In this document: in pieces, positions 43,426-54,500 of the stretch
Numbering within the stretch: position 1 is the first letter of the stretch
Layout: every line of letters starts with the position of its first letter
Assembly: GCA_013416795.1 (NCBI GenBank)
Contig: RQSC01000015.1
Location: 167,696-231,695 of the forward strand
Source: Prasinococcaceae sp. CCMP 1430
Lineage: Eukaryota; Plantae; Prasinodermophyta
Direction: 5' to 3'
Length of the DNA stretch: 64,000 bases
Made by a program: the position numbers and the translations under genes
The notes under the pieces: model-generated
What the model saw: the letters and a program-made list of their open reading frames with translations, nothing else
What the model was told of the DNA's origin: nothing
Databases searched by the model: none

Positions 43426-43689
43426 AGCACGCTGGGGGACGCTCGCGCGTTCCCGCCCCCCATGTGGCGCGACCGGCGACGCGCCCGTGGGTGACGGGTG
43501 ACGGGTGCGGCCGGGGGGGCGGGGTGATCTGCCGATCAGAGCGCCGCGGCGCGATTTCTACCAGCGCGCGCTGCAGCGGGGGGCGCGCACCACATCGCGC
43601 GCGTGGCAGGCGGCGAGAGCGCGGTTCGGCGGTGGGCGCCCTGCCCTACCTCGAGCCGAGCGCGGCGAGCCCTCGCGCGTACCCGAGTC

Positions 43690-44924
43690 ATGCCATTCGC
43701 GGTGGTCCTGAGCGTCCCGCCGCCTGGACGTCACGCGGGCGGGGCTGCCGCGCAGCCGCGCGCGGGCCGCAGCACTGGCACCTGCGGGCCGCGACGCGCG
43801 CGCACGGCGGCGTCGCAGCGCAACCAGGGGAAGACCGTCGCGTGGCTGATGATCCCCCAGCGCCTGTCCTCTCTGGATGTGCCGACCCTCAAGGAGGTGA
43901 TGACCGCACAGGAAGCCACGCCTCGCGACGGCGACGAGCAGTCCGCGGCCCGCGCGGCGTGCCTACTCACCGTCGGGGGCGATCCCGACGCGGGGGAGAT
44001 CCTCGCAACAGTTATCCCACCCTCTGGCGCCTCGGGCGGTGCAGGTGGTGGTCGGACGCGCACGACGATGCGCACCCTGTACCCTGATCTGGAGGAGCCC
44101 GAGGGCGGGGAGCTGACTCCCGACGAGCGCGCCCTTCTGCGCGAGGAGGCGCCAACCTCGAGTGGTGGCATACTGCAAGCGGTGGTGAGTATTGTGATGA
44201 GTGCAGATGCCGACCAAGCGCTGTTTCCTCCAGCATCTGCGATGTGCGCGCACTCCCCCGCGCACGCTGGCACTTGCGCGCGCGCATGTGCGCGCTGGCG
44301 CTGTGCCCATACCCCACGTGTGTCTTCACACGCAACGTGGGAGCACCAATGATTGCACCGGCGCTGACGTCCATCTCATCCCGCACCCTGACGTTGCACT
44401 GCATGCGCATGACCTTCGTGTTGCACACGAAGCGCGAGCGCGTGTTTCGCCTGCGCCAGGAGATCCGTTTCGCGTCGGCGGGAATGAGCGACGAGGCACG
44501 CATCACGCCCGACGCCCTCGCTGAGGACGCCGCCGACACGCCGCCGTCCGCCGGCGTGGTGCGCATCGGCGCACGCGCCGACGTGCCGGCTCGTCAACCC
44601 CCTGCCGGCGCTGTCAGCGCGGGTGATGAAGGCGACGGCGGCAGCAGCGCAGCACGTGTCGTCGCGCGCTTCGCTGACACCCTTCATGGTGAGCACATCT
44701 TCATCTCGGCTGCAACAGCTGACGAAGTTGAAGACGGAGGTGGTGAGTCGACGTCCATGGACAGGTGGTCCGTTGAGGTCAACGGCGCTCGCGTGGGGAG
44801 TGACCCCGTGGAGGCACGACCTGGATCGGTGGTGACGCTGACGCTGCTCGGTGGACGCGACGACGGCGTGCCCCTCGCGTGCGAACATTTCAAGCTGGAG
44901 CGTGTGGAGGCACACTCGGCGTGA
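43690..44924 (+). CDS. Hypothetical protein with possible degenerate FHA-like C-terminal beta-sandwich; intron 44185-44459
   Basis: Two ORFs joined in frame by GTGAGT..CTGAC..CCAG. The C-terminal VEVNGARVGSDPVEARPGSVVTL resembles the FHA end. Confidence 0.5.
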
Positions 44925-45348
44925 GTGAGTGAGGAGAAGACGGAACGAACATCTGCAGGACGAAGAGCCCGATCGCAGTGCTGCTGGCGTTCAAGATACA
45001 ACATGCCCGCCTGTGCTGCCCGTGTATGAACGAGAGCAACATGCGTGCACGAGTGTCCATACATCATTGATAATGATGGCTTTACTAACAGCGCGCGCGC
45101 GCGCGCGGTACCGCACGCCTACCTAAGAAATCGGCGCGGATGCTGCTGGCTGGCCACTCGCTCCCGCCGAGTGGTTGCTGCTGCGTGGCGAACACTGCAC
45201 TGATGCCCACCTGGACGCGAGCATTGCGAAGAGCGTTTCTAGATCCTGGTGCTACCGCGACCGCATCGCTCATCTCCTTCTCGTCACCGTCGCACTCCCG
45301 TCCCGTCGACAGGTCTGTCGGCGCGTGGCGACGGCTGCTTTGAGGAGC

Positions 45349-46986
45349 CTAGGACTTGGTAGGCGGCAGGGCCGGCGGGCTGCCATCACTTTCTGCAGAG
45401 AAACGGGTGCCACGCTTGGATGCGGCAGGCGCTGTGCCGGTCTCGCTGAGTGCCTTGGAGTCCTGGGTGCCGCACCGCGACCTGGCCGATGAGCCGTCAT
45501 CAGACATTGACAGGCCTTTGGGGCGGCTGACCGCGCCGACGGTCGCCGAGGCGTCCTGCGTGGCATCGATGTGGTGGATGTCCACCTTGGGCACCCATCG
45601 CACCAGCACGTTGCGCTCTTCGCGCTCCTCCTCGGTGGGTGCCACGATGCACACGCGATCGTAGCCGATGGGCTCGGTGATCTGATGCGGCAGGCATATC
45701 TCCTCCGGGAGGTGGAAGTCGAGACTGGGGTACATGCCTGCTCCTTCCCTCTCGGCGGCCTCGCGCGCCTTGGTCGTGTACCTGTCCTTGCCAGAGGCCC
45801 TGCCTTTGGCGCCCGACGAGTCGGTAGCGAGCTCCTTGTCGCCGAAGACATCCACTTCGAATGCTGTCTTGACCACTTTGCCCTTTTTCTTGTCGCCGCC
45901 GTCGCGCTGTTCCTTCAGATGGCGTGCGTACGCGGCTATGCCCACCGCGATGCCCGCCTCCACAAAAATGGCTGTCAGGAGCTTGCGCGCGGTGAAGCGC
46001 TTCTTCTTCGGGCCCTCTGCAGTTTCCTCCTCGTCCTCGCTCAGCACCGCCACCGAGGAACGGCTTGACGTGGTGCGCATACCGGACGCGCGCGCTGCGG
46101 CCTCCGCGTACGCCTCCGCATCCGCATCCGCCTCAGCCTCGGCCTCCTCGTCGTCCATGTCGTCCTCATCGGGGGTGTCGGTGGCCATGGGAAGCTCCTC
46201 TGCCGCCTTGGCTGCGGCGCCCGCGAGCGTTGCGTCCGCAGAGACTTCGTCCGCCTCGGCGGGCTTGGGCGTGTCCGCTGCCGAGGGTGGCGGAGTCTCG
46301 GGAACGCCTTTCACGTCACCCTCGGGCGCGCTTGCCTCGATGGGCGCATCGGCCGCGGGCTCGGCAGGCGGGGCCGAGGTTTCCGTGGGCGCGGGTTCCG
46401 CGGCCTTCGCTTTGCCCTTGCCCTTGTCCGCGGGTGAGCTCCGGGAGAAGGGGGCTGCCACAGCGCCGGCGACGGTCTCGCCGCCTTTGTACACGGCACC
46501 CCCGGTCGCCTCGACACCGCGGTACACGGCGCCACCAGTCGCCTCAGCGCCGCGGTACACGGCGCCACCGACAGCCTCGGCACCCTTGTAGACGGCATCG
46601 CCGGCCGCCTTGAAGGGCGCCGTCACTGTCTCCAGAGCGCCGGCCGTTCGGGATTGGGACTTGATCTCAGGCTCGCCGCCCGCCGACGGCGTGCCGGTGG
46701 TCTTCTGCGACGACGGCGAGCTGCCGACGAACGGCGCCGCCACGGTGTCCGCCGCGGCGCCGACGGCTGAGCCCACCCCCTTGCCAACGGCGGTAACGCC
46801 TTGGGTGATCCCCGTGCCCGTGGCGGTGACGCCGGTCGCGACGGCCCCGCCGACCGCGGTGACGCCCGATGCGAGGCCGGTGGCCGCTCCCCCCACCGCC
46901 TTGAAGGGCGCGGCGAACACCCCGCCGAAGCCGCCGCCGCCGCGCTTTGCGGGCGAGGCCTTCTTCTTCGTCCTCCTGGACGACAT
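45349..46986 (-). CDS. 11-mer-repeat amphipathic protein with acidic linker and one transmembrane helix
   Basis: GVTAVGGAVAT/GVTATGTGITQ/GVTAVGKGVGS and AVYKGAEAVGG/AVYRGAEATGG/AVYRGVEATGG/AVYKGGETVAG repeats; TM segment LLTAIFVEAGIAVGIAAYA. Confidence 0.7.
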   Translation of the reverse strand: MSSRRTKKKASPAKRGGGGFGGVFAAPFKAVGGAATGLASGVTAVGGAVATGVTATGTGITQGVTAVGKGVGSAVGAAADTVAAPFVGSSPSSQKTTGTPSAGGEPEIKSQSRTAGALETVTAPFKAAGDAVYKGAEAVGGAVYRGAEATGGAVYRGVEATGGAVYKGGETVAGAVAAPFSRSSPADKGKGKAKAAEPAPTETSAPPAEPAADAPIEASAPEGDVKGVPETPPPSAADTPKPAEADEVSADATLAGAAAKAAEELPMATDTPDEDDMDDEEAEAEADADAEAYAEAAARASGMRTTSSRSSVAVLSEDEEETAEGPKKKRFTARKLLTAIFVEAGIAVGIAAYARHLKEQRDGGDKKKGKVVKTAFEVDVFGDKELATDSSGAKGRASGKDRYTTKAREAAEREGAGMYPSLDFHLPEEICLPHQITEPIGYDRVCIVAPTEEEREERNVLVRWVPKVDIHHIDATQDASATVGAVSRPKGLSMSDDGSSARSRCGTQDSKALSETGTAPAASKRGTRFSAESDGSPPALPPTKS

Positions 46987-48053
46987 GGCGTCGTTCGCCG
47001 AGCGCGTCACTCCTCACTCACACCGACGGACCCTGGCTGGGGATAGGGGCGGGGGTCGGGGATACGGTGGGGGTGTGTGGGAGGGGGGGGGGAGGACGGG
47101 CGAGAGGTCAGTACGCGCAGCCTACGATTGGCGGCGCGCCAGGAGGCAGGCGCCCCTGCAATGGACGCAGCCAGCGCGTGCGAGTGGCGGGCCTGCGTCG
47201 TCTGAAAGGGGGGGGTGGGAGGGGGACTGCTCGCGCGATGTTTGCATATATGAGGGCATATTGCCTGCCGACAGGACAGCCACAGAGCGGCGCGGCCTCA
47301 ACGGCACATCAAGGGCTGGTGACACGCGCGTTGCGCGCCTCGCGGCGCGCGGGAGGCACCTCGCGGCCTACGGGGAGCGCGCCTGGTGCGCGCCACGTGC
47401 GCCAGGGGGCCGTCGCGCAGCGCGGCGCCCAGCACCTTCCCCCCCCCCGGCTTTCTCCGCCACCGCCAGGGGTGTTGGCAACGGCGCTGATATTTTCCCT
47501 GCCTTTCTCCCCTCCAATCTGCCGCGCACGCGATACGATACCACATCTCCTCCCGCAGCAGCTCATCGCACCGCGCTGCGGCCTCAGTCGAAGCTCCGAA
47601 TCGACCGCAAAGCGGAATTTTGTGGCAGCGAGTGCGATCGCGCCCCGATCCGATCGACGGCGGCGGCACGGGAGCCACGATCAAAGTACGACAGAGAAAT
47701 CGACGGGCGTGGCTCCAACGGACGGCTCAGCGCGCTGCGTCTCGCGAATGGGCCCATCAGGACATTGTCATGACGAGGCCACGAGGGTCCTCACGAGGGG
47801 GCGCTGGGAGGAGAGGCGAACGGACGGCGGGGAGCACGTCGAAAACGAATGTGGCATGGTTGCAACGAATGTGGCATGGTGGCGTTACGTGGCGCGTGCA
47901 CATGACAATCTGATTGCGTGAACACACAGCGAGAGTGAGGGAGGGCCGTGTCTCACGCACGCCGCAACAGGCAGCGGGGAGGTGGGTAAGAACACGAGGG
48001 GAGGAGAGGTTCGCAGAAATTGCGCGATCTCTCGCTTGCACTGCACCGCTTCT

Positions 48054-49439
48054 TCACAGCACCCGCAGCTCGAGGTCGGGGTAGCCAGCTTCGGCCTTGC
48101 GCTCATCGAAGAGCGCTTTGATGGCGTCCACGTACGCGCCCAGGGTGGCCTCGACCTGCTCGGCGCTGGGAGCGTCGCCGGGCGCGAGGCCGGCGGGGCG
48201 CGCGAGGGGCGAGCCTACAGCGAGCGTGAGCCTCGTCTTGTACGGCAGCGGAGAGCCCAGCCGGCCCCAGAAGAGCATGGGAACGTAGCCTATGGTGCGG
48301 CTGAGCGAGCCCATCGCCTCGCCCATGGGCGGCCGCCACCAACGGAACGCGTCCCGCTGCCCAAACGCGAACACCGGCACGATGGGGGCGCAGTGTAGCA
48401 GCGCGAGCCGCACGAAGCCGCGCCGCTCGCGCAGGAAGAGCGTCTCCACGCGGTGATCCATGTACATTGCCTCGCGCACGCCGCCGGGGCAAATGACCAC
48501 GCTGCTGCCGCTCCCGAGCAGCGCGGAGATGTTCGCCCTCGTCGCCGACGTCAGGCCGAGCCAGCCCCACAGATGTCGCATCAGCGGCACGTAGAAGATG
48601 GCGCTCGATGCCACGCCGCGGCTGCCCGCCACCGATGGAAGGCGTCTTCCGAGCAGGCGCATGAGCGGCCCGCCAGGGCTGAAGGCTATGAACGAGATTG
48701 GCAGCACATTGTGCGGCGAAACGGCGAAGACGTACGGCGTGCTGCTGGTAGCCTGAGCTGCGGGCCCCGCACGCGGGCCACCGGCAACGCCGCCTCCGCT
48801 GTCGAGGCCAACGTTGCGCCTGCGGAGCGGCGCTGCCTGCCGCCCGGTGTGTGCAGTCGACCGCTCTACGCCCTCTGTTTGGCCGTCGACGCCACCGCTC
48901 TTCGAGGAGTCGGCGCCCTCTTCGTCCAGCATCGCTCCGCCCTCGCGGAGCAGCACTTTGAATCCGTCGCCGACGACGGACACATCGAAGTAATCCTCGG
49001 CGGTGGCCGCTATGTCCGTGGCGAGCCGTTTGCCCCAAGCGGGCGAGTACGTCAAAGGCAGACACGCCGACGCGGCGCATGCCATCAGGAAAATCACAGT
49101 GGAGACAGCAAAGGCCGCGAGGAGTGCGTGCGCGAAGACGCCATGCAAGCCTGCAATCGGATAGCCACCAAAGAGCACGTCGACGGCGGGTGCTGCTGCG
49201 CCTGCCCGGGAGTACCACGCGACGCTGCCGATCGCCAGCAGCACCGCTACGATGTTTGCGTGCACCAGTCCCATCCAAAGCGCGAGCAGCAGCACGCGAC
49301 GAGCACCAACAGCCGGCCGGGGGGCAGCGAACGCGCTGGCCAGCTCGGGGAAGCCATCATGGCACGCGGAGGGGTCGGCCTTTAGCTCTCCGCGAACGCC
49401 GTCCTGACCGCTGGTGGTCGTCGTCCGCCACCGCGCCAT
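48054..49439 (-). CDS. DGAT2: Diacylglycerol O-acyltransferase 2 (plant-type)
   Basis: N-terminal TM helices, PYVFAVSPHNVLP, IFYVPLMRHLWGWLG, PGGVREA, RRGFVRLAL..APIVPVFAFGQ, C-terminal LFDERKA..GYPDLELRVL. Confidence 0.9.
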   Translation of the reverse strand: MARWRTTTTSGQDGVRGELKADPSACHDGFPELASAFAAPRPAVGARRVLLLALWMGLVHANIVAVLLAIGSVAWYSRAGAAAPAVDVLFGGYPIAGLHGVFAHALLAAFAVSTVIFLMACAASACLPLTYSPAWGKRLATDIAATAEDYFDVSVVGDGFKVLLREGGAMLDEEGADSSKSGGVDGQTEGVERSTAHTGRQAAPLRRRNVGLDSGGGVAGGPRAGPAAQATSSTPYVFAVSPHNVLPISFIAFSPGGPLMRLLGRRLPSVAGSRGVASSAIFYVPLMRHLWGWLGLTSATRANISALLGSGSSVVICPGGVREAMYMDHRVETLFLRERRGFVRLALLHCAPIVPVFAFGQRDAFRWWRPPMGEAMGSLSRTIGYVPMLFWGRLGSPLPYKTRLTLAVGSPLARPAGLAPGDAPSAEQVEATLGAYVDAIKALFDERKAEAGYPDLELRVL

Positions 49440-50016
49440 GGCGTATGTGTGGGACTGCCCCGCCGGCCGCAGTGCCGCCCGGGGGCCGCGCGGCACGCTA
49501 CAGCACCACGCCCGCCCTGTCGCAAGCGACACGGCCGCGTCCGCTCCTGCGAATGCGCAATTGCCTCCACAAACAAACAAAGTCGCGTCGTCCCTGACTG
49601 ACCTTCCGTTTGCTGCAAGGCGCGCCAACACCCCCTCGCTGGCACCGCGCCGACGCGCGTCAGCCTGAGGGCACCGCGGCGGTGCCCTCCAGCGTCTACC
49701 CGCCAAGAGCCCCCACCCGCCCCCACCTGCGCTGCACCGCCTCCGCTGGCCGTCGTGTGGCGCGCCGCCGTGCCGCATCCCTCCGCAGCAGCAGCCGCGC
49801 AAGAGCATTCGCAACTATCATCAACAGCCAAACACGTTCGACAACTTTGGGCTCAACGTTGAATTTAGGGTGGGGGCGCACTCGCAGTGCAGGGTGGGGG
49901 TTTGCGTGCCCACGGCGGTGTGCAGGTTGGTGGTGTACATGTGAGTCTGGGAATACAAGGAGCGGCGGGCGCGGGCGGGCGCATGTGACGCCTACAAGCT
50001 GTCGCCCTGCCGTCGG

Positions 50017-51545
50017 CTACGTGCCAGCGGCAGCGGGGGCAGCCGCAGCTGCCCGAGCCGCTTCAGCTGTGCCGGCGCTGGTGGCCACTGCGCCGGACTT
50101 GAACGCGCGAACCGCCGCGAGCTCGAGCCCGAGCTGGCCGATGCGCTCACGCAGCAGCGGAAAGGCTGCCGAAGCCTCGTCGAGTCTTCCACGCGTCTGC
50201 CCCATCGCCGGGGGTCGCCCGTGCGTGAGAGCACGCGGCCGCGTGTCAGCAGCGTCGATCACAGGTCATGAACGCCTACACCCGAGCATGGCTCACGCAC
50301 GAATCGCAGCGCCACCCGCACGCCCCCCCTCGCACCGCCTTTGCACGCTCGCGCGCATGCACGCACCTCTTCAACCTCGAGGATGGCCTTCCCCCCCTGC
50401 AGCACCCTCAGGCGCATGCTCTCGTTTGGCCGCAGGCCGAGCGTCGCCCGCGCCACGCCTTCGCCGAGTTCTGCAGCGTGCAGGGTCTCCGGTTCGGCGC
50501 GCACGCCGAGCGCCAGCCGCGAGCGCAGACAGGGCGCGGCTGTGCGCGCAGAGGTGCGCCCGCGCCCGCGTGCACACGGAGGGCGTCAGCGTGCCTCGCA
50601 ACGCGACGGGGTGCGCGCACAGGGAAGCGGACACCACGACTCGCGCGTGCGCACACGCGTGGCGCGGGTTGGGTGGCACGCATGGCGACGCACCTGCCAG
50701 GTCCCAGTTCGGTAGACCGGCCGCGCGGGCGCACATGCGAACAGCAGCCTTGGGCAGCGTCGCGAGCGGGCTAATGACGCGGTGCTCGGTCGCAGCGAGC
50801 AGGCCCAGGCGCGTCGGGTCGGTCAGGTCGTCGGCGTTGGTGCCGTTGAGAATGAGCACCTCCTTCTTGTCCCCGCCGCCCTCGCGCGCGGCCGCGCGGC
50901 CGGCCGCCGCCAGCACTGTGTAGAGCTCAGTTTTGCACTCGTAGCACGCGGCGCCCTCGTTGGCGACGTAGTCGGGCCGCGACCCCTCGTCGGTGCTCAC
51001 CTGCGTGGGCGGGTCGCAGCACACGCGTGCGCGCCGTGAGAGGGTGCGCACGCGCTCGCATGCGTCAGCGCGTGCATGTCCGCACCGGCGGGCACAGCCC
51101 CGCCGCACGAGCGCTCGAGCTCGGGCGGAGGAGGAACATGCGATCGTGTCGCGGCGCATTGACGCGTCGCTGTGCGCGCGTCTACGGTCCGCACCTCCAC
51201 GAGGCGTATGCCGATGGCTGCAGCGGTCTCCCTCGCAGCAGCCAGCTGTGCTCCGGACAATGCTGCGCTCACGCCGATAGCCGCCAGCGCACGCCGCGGG
51301 CCGAACGCGCGCAGGGCGACGTGCGCGGCGAGCGACGAGTCCACGCCACCTGAAAACGCGACGACCGCCACGGCATCCCCAGCGCCGCCCGCTGTGCGCG
51401 CCTCGGCGACCAGCTCCTCGAGGAGGCAGCGCGCGCTTTCAGGCGACTCGGGCTGGCGCAGAAGCGAGCTCGCACGCGCGCGCCGTCGGCGCCGCGCGGC
51501 CGCGCTGCGCGTGCGGCGCGCACGGGCCTTGGCACACGGCCGCGC
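50017..51545 (-). CDS. LarE-like PP-loop ATP-dependent sulfur transferase; exons ~51545-51195, 51000-50694, 50539-50367, 50196-50017; start codon not found
   Basis: VAFSGGVDSSL PP-loop, NEGAACYECKTELY, NGTNADDLTDPTRLGL, SPLA.LPK.AVR..A...GLPNWDLAAAPCLRSR. Three in-phase GTGCG..CAG introns. Confidence 0.82.
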
Positions 51546-51587
51546 GCGTGGCGCCAGGCGTGCGGCGCTAGAGGCGCGCGCGGTGCG

Positions 51588-54500
51588 ATGAACTCGCGAG
51601 ACGCGGCGGCGCACCTGGTCCCGCAGTCGCCGTTTGTCGTCGACGGCTTCCGCCTGCCCCGAGCGGCGCTGCCGCGAGCGCCCGTGCGTGTGCTCACACA
51701 CTTCCACGCCGACCACTACGGCGGCCTCGACGACCGCTACGACGCAAGCGCGGAGGTGCGCGGCGTGGTCCAGCAGCCATGCGTTCCCCCGCCGTGCGTG
51801 CGGTGTGCGCGCGCGCGCCCGAGTGATCGTGCCACGCTGACGTGCGCGCTCACACTACCCGCCTCGCGCGCACCGTGCCTGAGCAGGGCTGCGGTGTCAT
51901 ATACTGCACGCCCATCACGGCTGCGCTCTGCCGTAAGCGACTGGGCGTGCGCGCTGACGCGCTCGTGCCAACGCCTCTGGGCAAGGTCGTGCGGTTACGG
52001 GGCTGGGCGCTCGTGCTCGCCGACGCCAACCACTGCGCGGGCGCCGCGCAGGTGCGTGCGCTCGTGGAGCCTGCGCAAGGAAGGGCGCCTTGGCGCGGGT
52101 GGGTGCCCGTGCGGAGGTGCGCGCACTGCCCTCGTGGCTGAAGGCTCGCACTGGCGGCAATCTCGAGTCGGCGCGCGAGCAGACGTGTACGCGAGCTGAC
52201 GCCTGCCGCCGCCTCGCGCCTCACTGTGTTCGGCGAAATAGGCCTGTTTCTTCGAGGTCGGCGAGGGGGAGGACGCCCCGCCCGATGATGCCGGATTAGT
52301 TGAGCTCACACGCGCCGCCACCAGGCGCTTCCTTCACTGTGGGGATATTCGGTACGCACCGACATTTGAGGTCGACCCCGCACTGCTCGCAATGCGCAAC
52401 TGCGATTGCGTTTATCTCGACACGACCTACGCGGCGCCCAAGCACGCCTTCCCGCCACAAGGCGAAGCCATAGCTCACTGCGCGGATGTCATCGCGCAGG
52501 CGATGGCGAAACCGGTGGAAGAGCGACCCCTCGTGCTCGTGGCTGCGTACAGCATCGGAAAGGAACGCATTCTCGTCGAGGCCGCGCGGCGGTGTGGCGT
52601 CCGCGTGGGTGTGGAGCATCGGCGCATGAGCACGCTGGTTGAGCTTGGTATGCCGAGCGCCGATCTGGCCGTGTTCACCGAGTCCGATGCGCCGGACGTG
52701 CGAGTGCGCATCGTCGGTATGGACACACTCGGCGAGACCTTCCCATACTTCAAGCCGAATTGGTCGAATTGTGACATCGCGGCGGGTGCGGTCGGCGCGC
52801 CGTGCGTCGTGGGCATCGTCCCCTCCGGGTGGATGCTGGCTCGCAAGGGAAAATCGCCGTACTCTCGCCGGGAGAAGGGAGATCACACCATCCATCTCGT
52901 TCCGTACTCGGAGCATTCATCCTTCGAGGAGCTGCGCCAGTATGTGAAGTTTCTGAAACCCGTGCGCATCAGGCCGACCGTGTACAGCAACGAGCGGGAG
53001 AGCGATCGTATCGTGGCCCGATTTCGAGATCTAGTGGATTCCACCGGCGCCAAGCACGCATTTCTGGGGTCAATGACCGCCGGGGGCAAGAGCAAAGGCA
53101 ATACTGAAGGCGCCGAGCGCGAGGACAGCAGCGTGACGGAGGGCGCGAACACGGAAACAAGCCGAAAGGAGCATTTGCCGCCGCCGGGCAGGATTACTGG
53201 ATCGGCGAGTGGCGTTGGGCAGAGTGTCGGCCGACAGCTCGCTCCCAGCGAGAATGCGCCTACAACACAACCGCAACAGCCACGAAGTGAGCGCAGCCAG
53301 GGTTGTGTCGGTGCAAAGGGCAGTGGTATGGAGGAGCGCGTCGAACGGCTGATTGCTGTCTGCGGCATCACCCCTGAACAAGCTCGAACACTCTTGCGAG
53401 ATACCAACGGGGACATGGAAGCCGCGGCAAACAACCACTACCTGCAGCAGGAGAGCGCAGCGTTGTCTGCACATGCCGGTGACGCCCACGCGCGCACCAG
53501 TGCCGACTCGCCTGCGTGGACGCAATTGACGTCACCGAAGCGCACGGCATCCCGCGCGGGGGCGCACGCTGGAACGCCCTCCAAGAGATCGAGGCGATCA
53601 AGCGGCGGGAGCGCCAGCGGCGGCGCTGGCGGCAAACAGACGGGAATCATGTCCTTCTTCAGGCGTGGCCACTTGGGCGGCAGCAATGCGGCGACAGGGG
53701 CACCTGGGGTATCAGCGCCGTTGTCGAGGCAGGCGTGCTCCGCAGCCGCGTTGATGGCCCGCCCGCCAGCGCCAACGACAGTCGGTGCGCCGTCGCTGCC
53801 TCCCTCACCCCAACCTGAGGTGCAAGCCAAGACCGTCGAAGCTGCACCTGCGCTGGGCATTGCTCCTGGAAGCGCCAGTCAAGACGCCCTGTCAGACGTC
53901 GCCGAATTCGACAGCGTGCGGCTCCCGTGCTGGCGTTATTCGCCACACGCGCATTCGCGATGGCGCCGGGCCGAGGCCACGCCGTGGGCGCATCTCGCAG
54001 CTGCTCTCAAGCACGCTGGCGCCGAGCAGGGCCGCTTGCGCAAAATTGACACCCTGGCAAATTGTTGGCGCGCAGTGATGGCGCTCACCCCACCGGACGT
54101 GCTGCCATGTGTGCTGCTCGCAACTGGTCGCGTGGCCGCCGCGCACGAGGATTTGGAGCTGGGGGTCGGGGGCGCGTCCGTGTCCAGTGCTGTCATGGAG
54201 GCGACGGGCGCCACCAAAGGCGCAATGCGCGAGGCGTACCGCCGCTGCGGTGATCTCGGGGACGTCGCCGCGGAGATGCGCACCGCGCAGCGCACGCTGG
54301 CGGCGCCCGCGCCTCTCACCGTGCCAGGAATATACAAGACACTGCTCCAGATCGCGCGCGAGGGCGGCCAGGGCTCAGCCGCGCGTCGCCATGGCGCCAT
54401 GGTGCGACTGCTCCGGGCGGCACGCGGGGCCGATGAGCTGCGCTATCTCGTTCGCATATTGCTGTCGAACTTGCGCATCGGCGCAACCGATAAACTCGTG

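Noticed and set aside
47844-47880. 17-bp direct repeat aacgaatgtggcatggt x2
   Set aside because: Only two copies with a 3-bp spacer; a simple local duplication, not CRISPR-like or a target-site duplication of any visible element.
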